Positions 42,703 through 56,801 of a stretch of DNA of 64,000 nt are shown here, in pieces (the first letter of the stretch is position 1; every line of letters begins with the position of its first letter). This DNA comes from Octopus vulgaris (taxonomy: Eukaryota), in the NCBI GenBank assembly GCA_951406725.2, contig OX597837.1, positions 30,070,001 to 30,134,000 on the forward strand, read 5' to 3'. The position numbers and the translations under genes were made by a program. The notes beneath the pieces were generated by a model. The model saw only the letters and a list, made by a program, of their open reading frames with translations, searched no databases and had not been told where the DNA came from.

Positions 42703-43811
42703 TGTATGTATACAAATGTAAACAGTAAGTGGCTGTGTGGTAAGTAGATTGCCTACCAACCACATGGTTCTGGGTTCAGTCCCACTGTGTGGCATCTTGG
42801 GCAACTGTCTTCTGCTATAGCCTCTGGCCAACCAATGCCTTGTGAGTGGATTTGGTAGACGGAAACTGAAAGAAGCCTGTCGTATATATGTATATATATG
42901 TATGTGTATGTATATGTTTGTGTGTCTGTGTTTGTCCCTCTAGCATTGCTTGACAACCGATGCTGGTGTGTTTACGTCCCCGTCACTTAGCGGTTCGGCA
43001 AAAGAGACCGATAGAATAAGTACTGAGCTTACAAAGAATAAGTCCCGGGGTCGATTTGCTCGACTAAAGGCGGTGCTCCAGCATGGCCGCAGTCAAATGA
43101 CTGATACAAGTAAAAGAGAGAAAAGAGAGTAATGAACATATACGTGCAGGAGTGGCTGTGTGGTAAGTAGCTTGCTTACCAACCACATGGTTCTGGGTTC
43201 AGTCCTACTGCATGGCATCTTGGGCAAGTGTCTTCTATTATAGCCTCAAGTCGACCAAAGCCTTGTGAGTGGATTCTGTAGACGGAAACTGAAAGAAGCC
43301 CATCGTATGTGTGTGTGTGTTTGTGTGTCTGTATTTGTTCCCCAACATCACTTGACAATCGATGCTGGTGTGTTCACATCCCCGTAACTTAGCGGTTCAG
43401 CAAAAGAGACTGATAGAATAAGTACTGGGCTTACAAAGATTAAAGTCCCGGGGTCGATTTGCTCGACCAAAGGCGGTGCTGCAGCACGGCCGCAGTCGAA
43501 TGACTGAAACAAGTAAAAGAGTAAAGAGAGTCTGTTGTTATTGTTGTTATTTAGCCCCGGGTCAGCTCTGCTCAAAACCAACCTAAAATCAAAGACACTC
43601 CAGTCACAGCTATTCTGTCAGATATCATGTATCTGAAACTATATTCTCTATTACAATCTAATTTCATTTGTTAGTGCATGCTATGCCACACACACTTGTG
43701 TTGCTGTTGTTGCCATTTTCTTTTAATCACAATAGTTTCCTGTTGACTTTGGTACTAGATTCCGATCCACTTTTCATGTATATTACATTTGCTTTCGTAT
43801 TAATGAGTATC

Positions 43812-46127
43812 CGTTTCTTTATTACCCACAAGGGGCTACACACAGAGGAGACAAACAAGGACAGACAAACGGATTAAGTCGATTACATCGACCCCCCCCC
43901 AGTGCGTAACTGGTACTTAATTTATCGACCCCCGAAAGGATGAAAGGCAAAGTCGACCTCGGCGGAATTTGAACTCAGAACGTAACGGCAGACGAAATAC
44001 CTATTTCTTTATACCCACAAGGGGCTAAACATTGAGGAGACAAACAAGGACAGACAAGGTATTAAGTCGATTATATCGACCCCCAGTGCGTAACTGGTAC
44101 TTAATTTATCGACCCCCGAAAGGATGAAAGGCAAAGTCGACCTCGGCGGAATTTGAACTCAGAACGTAACGGCAGACGAAATACCTATTTCTTTATTACC
44201 CACAAGGGGCTAAACATTGAGGGAGACAAACAAGGACAGACAACGGATTAAGTCGATTATATTGATCCCCAGTGCGTAACTGGTACTTAATTTATCGACC
44301 CCGAAAGGTGAAAGGCAAAGTCGACCTCGGCGGAATTTGAACTCAGAACGTAACGGCAGACGAAATACCTATTTCTTTACTACCCACAAGGGGCTAAACA
44401 TTGAGGAGACAAACAAGGACAGACAAACGGATTAAGTCGATTACATCGACCCCCCCCAGTGCGTAACTGGTACTTAATTTATCGACCCCCGAAAGGATGA
44501 AAGGCAAAGTCGACCTCGGCGGAATTTGAACTCAGAACGTAACGGCAGACGAAATACCTATTTCTTTATTACCCACAAGGGGCTAAACATTGAGGAGACA
44601 AACAAGGACAGACAAACGGATTAAGTCGATTAAATCGAGCTCCCCCAGTGCGTAACTGGTACTTAATTTATCGACCCCCGAAAGGATGAAAGGCAAAGTC
44701 GACCTCGGCGGAATTTGAACTCAGAACGTAACGGCAGACGAAATACCTATTTCTTTATTACCCACAAGGGGCTAAACATTGAGGAGACAAACAAGGACAG
44801 ACATAGGTATTAAGTCGATTACATCACCCCCCTCCCCCCAGTGCGTAACTGGTACTTAATTTATCGACCCCCGAAAGGATGAAAGGCAAAGTCGACCTCG
44901 GCGGAATTTGAACTCAGAACGTAACGGCAGACGAAATACCTATTTCTTTACTACCCACAAGGGGCTAAACATTGAGGAGACAAACAAGGGCAGACAAAGG
45001 GATTAAGTTGATTACATCAACCCCCCCCCCAGTGCGTAACTGGTACTTAATTTATCGACCCCGAAAGTGTGAAAGGCAAAGTCGACCTCGGCGGAATTTG
45101 AACTCAGAACGTAACGGCAGACGAAATACCTATTTCTTTACTACCCACAAGGGGCTAAACATTGAGGAGACAAACAAGGACAGACAAACGGATTAAGTCG
45201 ATTACATCGACCCCCCCCCCCCCAGTGCGTAACTGGTACTTAATTTATCGACCCCCGAAAGGATGAAAGGCAAAGTCGACCTCGGCGGAATTTGAACTCA
45301 GAACGTAACAGCAGACGAAATACCTATTTCTTTACTACCCACAAGGGGCAAAACATTGAGGAGACAAACAAGGACAGACAAACGGATTAAGTCGATTACA
45401 TCGACCCCCCCCCCCAGTGCGTAACTGGTACTTAATTTATCGACCCCCGAAAGGATGAAAGGCAAAGTCGACCTCGGCGGAATTTGAACTCAGAACGTAA
45501 CGGCAGACGAAATACCTATTTCTTTACTACCCACAAGGGGCTAAACATTGAGGAGACAAACAAGGGCAGACAAAGGGATTAAGTCGATTACATCGACCCC
45601 CCCCAGTGCGTAACTGGTACTTAATTTATCGACCCCTGAAAGGATGAAAGGCAAAGTCGACCTCGACGGAATTTGAACTCAGAACGTAAAGCCAGACGAA
45701 ATACCTATTTCTTTATTAACCACAAGGGGCTAAACATTGAGGGGACAAACAAGGACAGACATAGGTATTAAGTCGATTATATCGACCCCCAGTGCGTAAC
45801 TGGTACTTTATTTATCGACCCCGAAAGGATGAAAGGCAAAGTCGACCTCGACGGAATTTGAACTCAGAACGTAAAGCCAGACGAAATACCTATTTCTTTA
45901 TTAACCACAAGGGGCTAAACATTGAGGGGACAAACAAGGACAGACATAGGTATTAAGTCGATTACATCGACCCCCAGTGCGTAACTGGTACTTAATTTAT
46001 CGACCCCGAAAGGATGAAAGGCAAAGTCGACCTCGGACGGAATTTGAACTCAGAACGTAACGGCAGACGAAATACAGCTATGCATTTCGCCCGGCGTGCT
46101 AACGGTTCTGCCAGCTCGCCGCCTTTA
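43812..46127 (-). repeat. SINE family B tandem array, 12 units of ~188 bp
   Basis: 12 occurrences of gacgaaatac; complete head only at the right end; flanks tattaatg(a/t)gtatc form a TSD. Confidence 0.95.
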
Positions 46128-46654
46128 TATTAATGTGTATCAGTGTGCACCAGCATGTGTGTATGTGTCTGTATGTCTGTATGTCTGTTTATATATTGAC
46201 AAAAGTCAATATCATTTATATTAATATTTAAAGTATTATATTAATGGCCCCCCCGTGTTGGTGGCACGTAAAAGCACCATCCGTTCGTGTCCGTTGCCAG
46301 CCTCGCCTGGCCCCGTGCCGGTGACACGTAAAAGCACCATCCGTTCGTGGCCGTTGCCAGCCTTGCCTGGCCCCGTGCCGGTGACACGTAAAAGCACCAT
46401 CCGTTTGTGGCCGTTTGCCAGCTCTGTCTGGCACCTGTGCAGGTGGCACGTAAAAAGCACCCACTACACTCAAGAAGTGGTTGGCGTTAGGAAGGGCATC
46501 CAGCCGTAGAAACACTGCCAGATCTGACTGGGCCTGATGAAGCCTTCCAGCTTCACAGACCCCAGTTGAACCGTCCAACCCATGCTAGCATGGAGAACGG
46601 ACGCTAAATGATGATGATGATGATGATGATTAATAAGTTTATATTAATATTTAA

Positions 46655-47990
46655 ACATTAATGTATGAAGTTACATGACTTGATATCATGTTACAAAATG
46701 TTGTACTTAAACAATAAACAAACATGCACACACACAGACACACAAATATACATACATATATACATATATACATACATACATATGTACACACACACACACA
46801 TATACATATATATATATATACTCACGCCCCAATTTTCCATGTTAGAAGTCAGACAAAATTTGTTAAGGTAGATTTTCAACTATCAGTTGCTCTTTCTTTC
46901 ACCTATTTCCATATAAGGTAATATTTTCCCATGGCCAGATATGCTTAAATTGAATATTGGAAGATTGAACATTAGCTGGCAGAAATGTTAGTACACCGGG
47001 CGAAATGCTTAGTGGTATGTCGTCTGCCGTTACATTCTGAGTTCAAATTCTGCCGAGGTCGACGTTGCCTTTCATCCTTTCGGGGTCAATAAATTAAGTA
47101 CCAGTTACACACTGGGGTCGATGTAATCGACTTAATCCCTTTTTCTGTCCTAGTTTGTCCTCTCAATGTTTAGCCCCTTGTGGGTAGTAAAGAAATAGGT
47201 ATTTCGTCCGTCTTTACATTCTGAGTTCAAATTCCACTGAGGTCGACTTTGCCTTTCATCTTTTGGGGATCGATTAAATAAGTACTAGTTACGCACAGGG
47301 GTCAATATAATCGACTAAATCCGTCTGTCTGTCCTTGTTTGTCCCCTCTATGTTTAGCCCCTTGTGGGCAATAAAGAAATAAGAAATGTTAGCACACCGG
47401 GCGAAATCCTTAGTGGTATTTCGCCTGTCTTTACATTCTGAGTTCAATTTCCGCCGAGGTCGACTTAGCCTTTCATCCTTTCGGAGTCAATAAATTAAGT
47501 ACCAGCTGCAATCTGGGGTTGATCTAATCGACTTATTAATGTATGAAGTTACGTGACTTGATGTCATGTTACAAAATACTGTACTTAAACAATAAACACA
47601 CATGCACACACACAAACACACAAATATACATACATACATACATACATACATATGTACACACACACACACATATATATACTCACGCCCCAATTTCAGACAA
47701 AATTTGTTAAGGTAGATTTTCAACTATCAGTTGCTCTTTCTTTCACCTATTACCAAATAAGGTAATATTTTCCCATGGCCAGATATGCTTACATTGAATA
47801 TTGGAAGTGAAATAAGGTGGTGAGCTGACAGAAACGTTAGTACACTGGACGAAATGCTTAGCGGTATTTCGCCTATCTTTATGTTATGGGTTCAAATTCC
47901 ACCAGAGTCAACTTTGCCTTTCATCCTTTCGCGGTCGATAAATTAAGTACCAGCTGCGAACTGGAGTCGATCTAATCAACTGGCTCCCTT
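46655..47990 (+). repeat. Local tandem duplication (~880-bp offset) containing SINE-B multimers
   Basis: ttaatgtatgaagttac...gaatattggaag occurs at ~46657-46963 and ~47536-47806, each followed by SINE-B. Confidence 0.8.
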
Positions 47991-50062
47991 CCCCAAAATT
48001 TTAGGCCTTGTGCCTAGAGTAGAAAATAATATTAGAAGGGAAAGACACTACCTGTATGATGGTTGCACTTATTTACATGTATCACCTGATTTTGTGACAA
48101 GGGGAGAGGGGGAGAGAGACGCACACATTTATTTATACCTATATTCTTTTGCTCTTTTATTCTTTTACGCTTTTACTTGTTTCAGTCATTTGACTGGCCA
48201 TGCTGGAGCACTGCCTTTAGTCGAGCAAATCGACCCCAGGACTTATTCTTTGTAAGCCTAGTACTTATTCGATCGGTCTCTTTTGCTGAACCGTTAAGTT
48301 ACAGGGATGTAAACACACCAGCATCGGTCGTCAAGTGATGTTGGGTGGACAAACAGACACACAAACATATACACACACATACATATATACGACAGGCTTT
48401 GGTCGACCCGACGCTATAGTAGAAGACACTTTCCCAAGGTGCCACGCAGTGGGACTGAACCCGGAACCATGTAGTTGGTAAACAAGCTACTTACCACACA
48501 GCCACTCCTACGCCTATTCTTCACTTGTTTTAGGTATTAGACTTTAGCCATGCTGGAGCACCACCAAGATAAATTGACCGACAGTACTTGTATTTTCAAT
48601 TTAAACCTGGTACCTATTCTGTCGGTCACTTTTGCCAAACTGCTAAGTTGCGGGGATGTGAATATACCAACATTGATTGTCAAGCTGTGATGGGGGAGAA
48701 ACACTGTCAAAAGGACTCGCACACATAAATATATGTTTATATGACAGGCTTCCTTAGAATGAGGGATTTTGCACTCACACATACAAGTTTCTTTCAGTTT
48801 CTGCCTGCCAAATCTACTAACAGGGTGATATGTTTCTATATTACCCACAAGGGGCTAAACATAGAGAGGACAAACAAGGACAGACAAACAGATTAAGTCG
48901 ATTACATCGACCCCAGTACTTAACTGGTACTTAATTTATCGACCCCGAAAGGATGAAAGTCAAAGTCGACCTCGGCGGAATTTGAACTCAGAATGTAATG
49001 GCAGACGAAATACAGCTACGCATTTCGCCTGGCGTGCTAACGGTTCTGCCAGTTGAAGCCCAAAATGCCCTGCAGTAGGACTGAACCTGAAATCGCATGG
49101 TTGGGAATCAAGCATCTTATCACACAGTGTTGCTGGAGGAACTACACCCCCACATTATATGTACATCCGTTGGTAGCTGTCCACTGGCCATCAATACAAC
49201 ATTCAATATACCGTAAGGTAGAAAACTGGTAGAACTGTTAGCATACTGGACAAGATGTTCAGTGGTATTTTGTCAGCCTTTACATTCTGAGTTCAAATTC
49301 CACTGAGGTTGGCTTTACCTTTCATCCTTTCATCTCTCTTTATATATCTTTCTATATTACCCACAAGGGGCTAAACACAGAGAGGACAAACAAGGATAGA
49401 CAAACGGATTAAGTCGATTACATCAACCCCAGTGCGAAACTGGTACTTTATTTATCGACCCTGAAAGGATGAAAGGCAAAGTCGACCTTGGCGGAATTTG
49501 AACTCAGAACGTAGCGACAGACGAAATACGGCTATGCATTTCGCCCAACGTGCTAACGTTTCTGCCAGCTCGCCGCCTATATATAAACGGCAAAATGTCT
49601 GTGTGTGCGTTTACAAATCCACAATTTTTCAGTTAGAGGGCTCGCACTTTCTATGGTCATTCAAAACCTTCCAAGGGTGGTCGTGCACATCTCTACATTT
49701 CCCCAGTCACCCGGCAAAGCCATTAAAAAACTCAATAGAAGTGACTTTTTTGTAAATTTTCTATCCAAAATCCAATCAAAATGCCTGAAACTTGATACGC
49801 CAACTGAATGCCAGCTAGCTGTATGTGATTGGTCAGAGATTTGGACAGTACTCGCGTGTATGTGCGCACACACGCAGCTGTATATGCATGCATTAGCACT
49901 ATGACCTGGCGTTGCCGGGTCATAGTGCTAGTGGTCTATAAAATAAGTACTAGTTGAACACTGAGGTTGATGTAATCAACTTAGCCCCTTCCCTGAAATT
50001 GCTGGCCTTGTGCCGAAATTTGAAAGCAGTATTAATACCCTCTTATTTTCTCTCATTTTCAG

Positions 50063-50188
50063 AGCTGCCAGACACTTATCAATTTAGGCATCAACCAAGA
50101 AATTATCAAGATGAGTTATGAGGTTATCAAGCTCTCCTATCTTCGCGCCTTGAATTTTGCCAGAGAAGCAAAAAACGTACGGCTTGAG
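50063..50188 (+). CDS. TONSL: Tonsoku-like protein, internal exon: [42 protein letters not shown]
   Basis: Pyrimidine tract ttttctctcattttcag| and donor GAG|gtaagt, 126 nt, phase 0/0, no stops. Too short for the ORF track. Matches the last TPR of TONSL (T.LN......E....YE.......AL..A..A....L). Confidence 0.82.
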
Positions 50189-50352
50189 GTAAGTACTTTA
50201 ATCCACCTGGGCCACCCATGTTTACTTCATGCAAAATGTCTCATTTAAAATTAAAACTTCTTTCGTTATCTAATAGAATGTGTTATCTAAATGATGTTGA
50301 AAATCATCATCATCACCACATATGTACACACTCATATATATATATATATATA

Positions 50353-50426
<74 letters not shown>

Positions 50427-50440
50427 CATACATACTCGAG

Positions 50441-50765
50441 TGAAGGCGCATGGTTCAGTGGTTAGAGCGTTAAGCTTACGATCGTGAGGTTGTGAGCTCA
50501 AATCCTGGACAGGGCTGCGTGTTGTGTTCTTGAGCAAGACACTCTATTTCACATTGCTCCAGTTCACTCAGCTGTAGAAATGAGTTGCGATGTCACAGGT
50601 GCCAAGAAGTATCAGCCCTTGGATAACACTGGTGGCGTGGAGAGGGGAGGCCGGTATGCATGGGTGACTGCTGGTCTTCCATAAACAACCTTGCCCAGAC
50701 TTGTGCCTCAGAGGGTAACTTTCTAGGTGCAAGCCCATGGTCAGTGTCTGACCGAAGGGGGTCTC
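50441..50765 (+). mobile_element. tRNA-derived SINE family E (CORE-like segment)
   Basis: ggcgcatggttcagtggttagagc...ttgtgttcttgagcaagacac. Related minus-strand copies lie near 7720-7950, 10450-10850, 29850-30170 and 59800-60045. Confidence 0.75.
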
Positions 50766-51529
50766 AATACATACTCAAGAAGGTCCATCCTCCACAACAG
50801 AAGTGTTAATGCCACTCCCCCTACTGTGCCTTCTGTTGGTGGCACATAAAAAGCACACACCACACGTTGTAAAGTGGTTGGTGTTAGGAAGGACGTCATC
50901 CAGCTGTAGAAACCAAGCCACACTAGACTGGAACCTGGTACAGCTCTCTGACCTACCAGTGCCACTTGAACCATCTAATCCATACTAATATGGATAATGA
51001 TGATGATAGGTATACATGTATAAATATCAGGCAGGTGCCATCAGTAATTACTCAGGGTAGGCAATTAGTGATGTTTATGTAGTAAAACATACAAAAAAAT
51101 AAACTAAGCGAAACACAGGGACGTGACTGAGTTGGGGGCAGATTTACAGCTGCCTTTATGGTACCTAAAAAGAATGTTGTTGTGGGAGTGTACGCAGCAT
51201 GTGTGCTACAGCAGGGGTGAATTATGCCTACCTAATCTCCAAAGAAAACCCAAAATATTTTGTAATTTATGCATAGTAACCAGAGTAATTTTCATAATTT
51301 TATTGAATTTGGTGCATATTTTGCCATAAAATGAAAATGTTACTATCAAAAATCTGGGTACATGCGGATTAACACATACTTCTAGAAATTATTATTTCTT
51401 ATATTTGATTCTTTATATTATGATTTCATTTAATCCATGTACCCAGACTTTGTGGACACCCTGTATTTTATTCAGGGTAGGCACTGCCTACCTTGCCTAT
51501 CCCGGCAGCACATCCCTGATATATATATA

Positions 51530-51747
51530 TAGGGTGGCCCAAAAAGTAGATTTACAGTTATTCAACTATCTCTTTTACATTCATATATTAACTGTTTAGA
51601 TCTTAATTATAAAAAAAATATGAAACCATTATTCTATGCTAATTTAATTAATTGTAAGATAGAAATTTAAATGTAATGAAAAAATGTTTTAAAAGAAATT
51701 TTAAAGTGCCTACATGATAACTGTAACCCTACTCTTGGGCCACCTTG
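51530..51747. mobile_element. Tc1/mariner-type MITE
   Basis: agggtggcccaaaaagtagatttacagtta ... taactgtaaccctactcttgggccaccttg, with TA flanks. Confidence 0.75.
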
Positions 51748-52066
51748 TATATAAAATGTGAGGGAGAAAAGAAGGATGGTAAGAAAAATTTTATTGCTAT
51801 TTTTGATTTTTTTCTGCCCCACCTGTCTAACTTATCTCTGCATTACGTACTGTGTACATGCATGTAAATATTCCAATATGAGCAGAAGTATGCATGCGTA
51901 TGTGCATTGTTATTTATTTTATGTATATATTTATGCACATGTGTATATATCTCTATGCCTGTGTGTGTGTGACAAATTTTTATCCTTTTTGTAAGGGTCA
52001 TTTACTGCTGCTCTAACAACATTTCTGCATTCAAAATAAATTATCATCTTATTTGTCTTTTACGAC

Positions 52067-52099
<33 letters not shown>

Positions 52100-52198
52100 T
52101 ATACAATTATCTATATATGAGCTGAAACTGGAAAAATCAAAATCAAAATCATATATATATATATATATATATATATACGTATATATATATACATATAT

Positions 52199-52247
<49 letters not shown>

Positions 52248-52424
52248 GAGTTTACAAAAAAATCAAAAGACGAAGACAGGTGGTGTATAAAACAAACAGA
52301 TGTATTAATATGACACTCAGGAATAGAAAAAGTCTTTTACGTTTTGAGCCTACACTCTTCTACAGAAAGGGACACAGAAAAAACAAGGAGAGAAAAAAAT
52401 GTGTGTAGCGGCTAATGAACTATC

Positions 52425-52496
<72 letters not shown>

Positions 52497-52854
52497 GAAT
52501 GTGTTTGTGATGGGCTTCTTTCAATTTCTATCTGCCAAATTCACTCTCAAGGCTCTGATCGGCCTGAGGCTATAGTCGAAGGTACTTGCCCAAGGTGCCA
52601 TGCAGTGTGACTCAACCTGGAACCATGTGGTTAGGAAGCAAGCTTCTTACCACACAGCCACTCTATCTATATTCGCTAACACTTGTTTCTATCTGTGTGT
52701 AAATACACACAGATTTTCCTTTACTTACTTACGTATTTTCTTACTGAATGACATAATGGGGCAAACTAGCTGAAAAATGTGATTATTACTTTTTATATGG
52801 AAGCAAATACATCATGTGTGTGTGTGTGTGTAATGTTATGTACATTTATATTTA

Positions 52855-53204
52855 ACATCTGTCTAACACCCGTGGACATGTTTACAAAGTCAGAAAACAG
52901 CACAGCTCCCATGACTTTCGGAACATTTTTTCACGCTAAGAGTTGCTGAAGTATGGAACAAACTGCCGGCATCAGTTGTTAGTTGTCGGAGCACTGCATC
53001 CTTCAAAACTTCCATGCTTCCTGAGATTCGCCAACACTACACCTGATTTTCTCCCCTCCATACACACGTAAGCATGTATCTGACTCATACACTGTTCGCT
53101 TTCCAGACATTTGTACATTACTGCATATGCTTTATACGCACTGTTTGACAAGTTTGTGGTGCACCTGAGCACTGTATACAATAATTTCATTATTATTATT
53201 ATTA
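52855..53204 (+). mobile_element. CR1-type LINE 3' end
   Basis: NTRGHVYKVRK...FFTLRVAEVWNKLPASVVSCRSTASFK, then 3' UTR and (ATT)n tail. Confidence 0.85.
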
Positions 53205-53293
53205 TCCTTGTGACATGGTAATTGTGCTTATGGTTTGTTCTAGAACAATCTAGGAAATCCACTCAATCTGTAATTAAACTGTTTTTCTTTCAG

Positions 53294-53552
53294 CAACGAA
53301 TCCTGAAGTTGCTGGTTCAAACCCAGCAGTCGTACAAACAGGATAAGGACAAGAAGAAATTCTTGGAAAAGCTCAAAGCACTGCAGGCAAAGAGCCACTT
53401 GTCTGTTGAGGACAGTGGTCTTACTGAAGAAGAAGATAGGATCAACAGTAACGATGATGATAACGATGATGATGATGATGATGATAATGATCTTCATAAT
53501 TCCAGCTCTGGAAACGAAGATGATGTTGAAATTTCTGATCTCACAGAATCTG
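53294..53552 (+). CDS. TONSL: Tonsoku-like protein, internal exon ending in the acidic linker (QRILKLLVQTQ...DDDNDDDDDDDND...EISDLTES)
   Basis: Acceptor gtttttctttcag| and donor TCTG|gtaaat, 259 nt, phase 0/1. Lies in ORF 53222..53602. An acidic stretch after the TPRs fits TONSL architecture. Confidence 0.82.
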
Positions 53553-53615
53553 GTAAATTCAGTTCCTTTCTTCACCACCATCGCCACAATAATTATATAT
53601 AATATGATATGATAT

Positions 53616-54210
53616 ATGATGTGGTGTGGTGTTGTGTGGTGTAGTGTGGTGGTGTGTTGTGTGGTGTGGTGTGGTGTGGTGTGGTGTGGTGTAGTGTGGT
53701 GTTGTGTGGTGTGTGGTGTGGTGTGGTGTGGTGTTGTGTTGTGTGGTGTGTGGTGTTGTGTGGTGTGGTGTGGTGTTGTGTGGTGTTGTGTTGTGTGGTG
53801 TGGTGTGGTGTGGTGTGGTGTGGTGTTGTGTGGTGTTGTGTGGTGTGGTGTGGTGTGGTGTAGTGTGGTGTAGTGTGGTGTGTGGTGTGGTGTGGTGTGG
53901 TGTTGTGTTGTGTGGTGTGGTGTTGTGTGGTGTGGTGTGGTGTTGTGTGGTGTGGTGTGGTGTGGTGTGGTGTGGTGTGTTGTGTTGTGTGGTGTTGTGT
54001 GGTGTGGTGTGTGGTGTGTAGTGTGTGTGATGTGTTGTTGTGTGGTGTGGTGTTGTGTGGTGTGGTGTTGTGTGATGTGGTGTGGTGTTGTGTGATGTGG
54101 TGTTGTGTGGTGTGGTGTAGTGTGGTGTTGTGTGGTGTGTTGTGTGGTGTGGTGTGGTGTGTGTGGTGTAGTGTGTGATGTGGTGGGTGTGGTGTGGTGC
54201 GGTGCGGTGT
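53616..54210. repeat. (GTGTG)n pentanucleotide repeat
   Basis: Directly visible. Confidence 0.95.
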
Positions 54211-54787
54211 ACGATTTGATATATAATATATTGATATATGTGATATGATATAATATATATGATATGGATAGATATATAGATAGATATGCTAGTCATCACT
54301 TCTTCTCCACTACCTTCCCTTTAGATTGAACTATGTTGAATGTTAGAGAAAAAAACCTGACTGTTTCTTGCAAAACATATCAATATATACATTGAAACAA
54401 GCACACACACACACACACACTCAATTATATAACTTATAAAATAAGAGCAAAAGAAAAAAATTTGAATGCCAAATATGCCGAAAATAGACAAATTGTCAAT
54501 AACCATTATAATGCTTGACCACCTCATCCCATGTCTTCCTGGGTCTACCTCTACCCATGAAGATATATATATATATATATATATACTCTTTTACTTGTTT
54601 CAGTCATTTGACTGCGGCCATGCTGGAGCACTGCCTTTAATCGAGCAACTCGACCCCGGGACTTATTCTTTGTAAGCCCAGTACTTATTCTATCAGTCTC
54701 TTTTGCCGAACCGCTAAGTGACAGGGACATAAACACACCAGCATCGGTTGTCAAGCAATGCTAGGGGGACAAACACAGACACTCAAG

Positions 54788-54834
<47 letters not shown>

Positions 54835-55483
54835 GACGGGCTTCTTTCACTTTCCGTCTACCAAATCCACTCACAAGGCTTTGGTTGGCCCGAGGCTATA
54901 GTAGAAGACACTTGCCCAAGGTGCCACGCAGTGGGATTGAACCCGGAACCATGTGGTTGGTTAGCAAGCTACTTAACACACAGCCATTCTTGCGCCTACT
55001 AATATACATACATACACATATATGCGCAAAAAACTCATACACTGAGTGTGTGTATGTGCATTTTTGGAGACATGTATGCATAATATTAATGATATACTTC
55101 TTAAAACAAGTGGTTTAAAAAAAAAAAGCTAGCACATTTTGCCTCCAATCAACATCGAAGAAATAGAAACGGTCCTGCAAAAAATGAACTATTTCTCTTA
55201 CTTCTTGAAATTTATCCTTTGTGACCGAGAAATGCATTCGTAGTATCAATTGCAACCATTCTGCATGCAAATATGTATGTAAATCATGCTGACATATGCA
55301 AATATGTAATCTATTTATATATATAAATATGAGTAAGTAGCTTGTTTACCATCCACATGGTTCCGGGTTCAGTCCCACTTTGTGGCACCTTGGGCAAGTG
55401 TCTTTTACTATAGCCTCGGGCCGACCAAAGCCTTGTGAGTAGATTTGGTAGACGGAAACTGAAAGAAGCCCATCGTATATATG

Positions 55484-55549
<66 letters not shown>

Positions 55550-55629
55550 GAGTATATTAATCAAAATAAGAACATACCACTAAATGGTATATACAGGTGC
55601 TTACAACTATCAAGTATTCACCCTGAATT

Positions 55630-55666
<37 letters not shown>

Positions 55667-56668
55667 GCGTGTATGTTTGTGTGTCTGTGTTTGTCCCCCT
55701 AGCATTACTTGACAACTGATGCTGGTGTGTTTACGTCCCCGTAACTTAGCGGTTTGGCAAAAGAGACCGATAGAATAAGTACTGGGCTTACAAAAAGAAT
55801 AACTCCCGGGGTCGAGTTGCTCGATTAAAAAAGGCGGTGCTCCAGTATGGCCGCAGTCAAATGACTGAAACAAGTAAAAAAAAAAAAAAAAAGAAAAAAA
55901 ATGTATGTATACACTAATGGCCTGACACTTATAATTCGGTGGTTGAAAATACAAAAAAAAAAAAAAAAAGGAGAGAGAGAGAGAAAGTAGGGTATCTCCG
56001 AGAGAGGGGTACCGAGAGAGAATACAACAAACTTCAGTAGTATTTCAGTTATACGTGCCTTAAAGGCTCAACCGTATCGAAGTGCAACATGGGAGTTGCT
56101 GCTGCTTAATATTAGGGGTTATTATTTTATTTTTATTTTTAAGCTGTTGCCCCGAAGAGAAAACCTTGTGGCATGCGACTAAGTCACACAAGCTGTTTGG
56201 GTGGTCTGGTGATGGTGGTGGTGGTTAGGGGACAGGTGGGAAGTGTCACAGGAAGAATCGGAGCAAGCTGGGACATATTGGGACTTGGGCAATGAGTTAA
56301 AAACCAGCGTGTTTTCTTAGAACAGGATAGTACATGGCCGGTTAAAACCAGCTTTATACACACACATCACACACTTGCACACACACACACAAATGCATTG
56401 CTATATTAGAGACAATGAATCTAACAGAGTTAAAGAGCAGGCTCACTGTTGAAAGTTTAAAAGTCCATGAATGAGTGGCCATGACTGATTGAGGATATGT
56501 GTATATCTATATATATATACATATCTATGTCTATATATATATTTAATTTTATTAATTAGGGAATAAAAATATCGGCATAACAGGGGCTTTAATTATTCTC
56601 AATGAGGAAATATATATTTTCATTTAGAGATAGTAGGCCCCTTCATCTCACTATAAAAAAGAATTTTA

Positions 56669-56711
<43 letters not shown>

Positions 56712-56744
56712 AACATATATATATCATCATCATCATCATTTAAC

Positions 56745-56801
<57 letters not shown>

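Noticed and set aside
43812-46127. CRISPR array or hammerhead retrozyme array
   Set aside because: Units are wholly repeated with no unique spacers, the context is eukaryotic, and I found no CUGANGA-stem-GAAA fold on either strand
53559-54299. 246-aa HTTP-repeat ORF
   Set aside because: Translation of the (CACAC)n repeat
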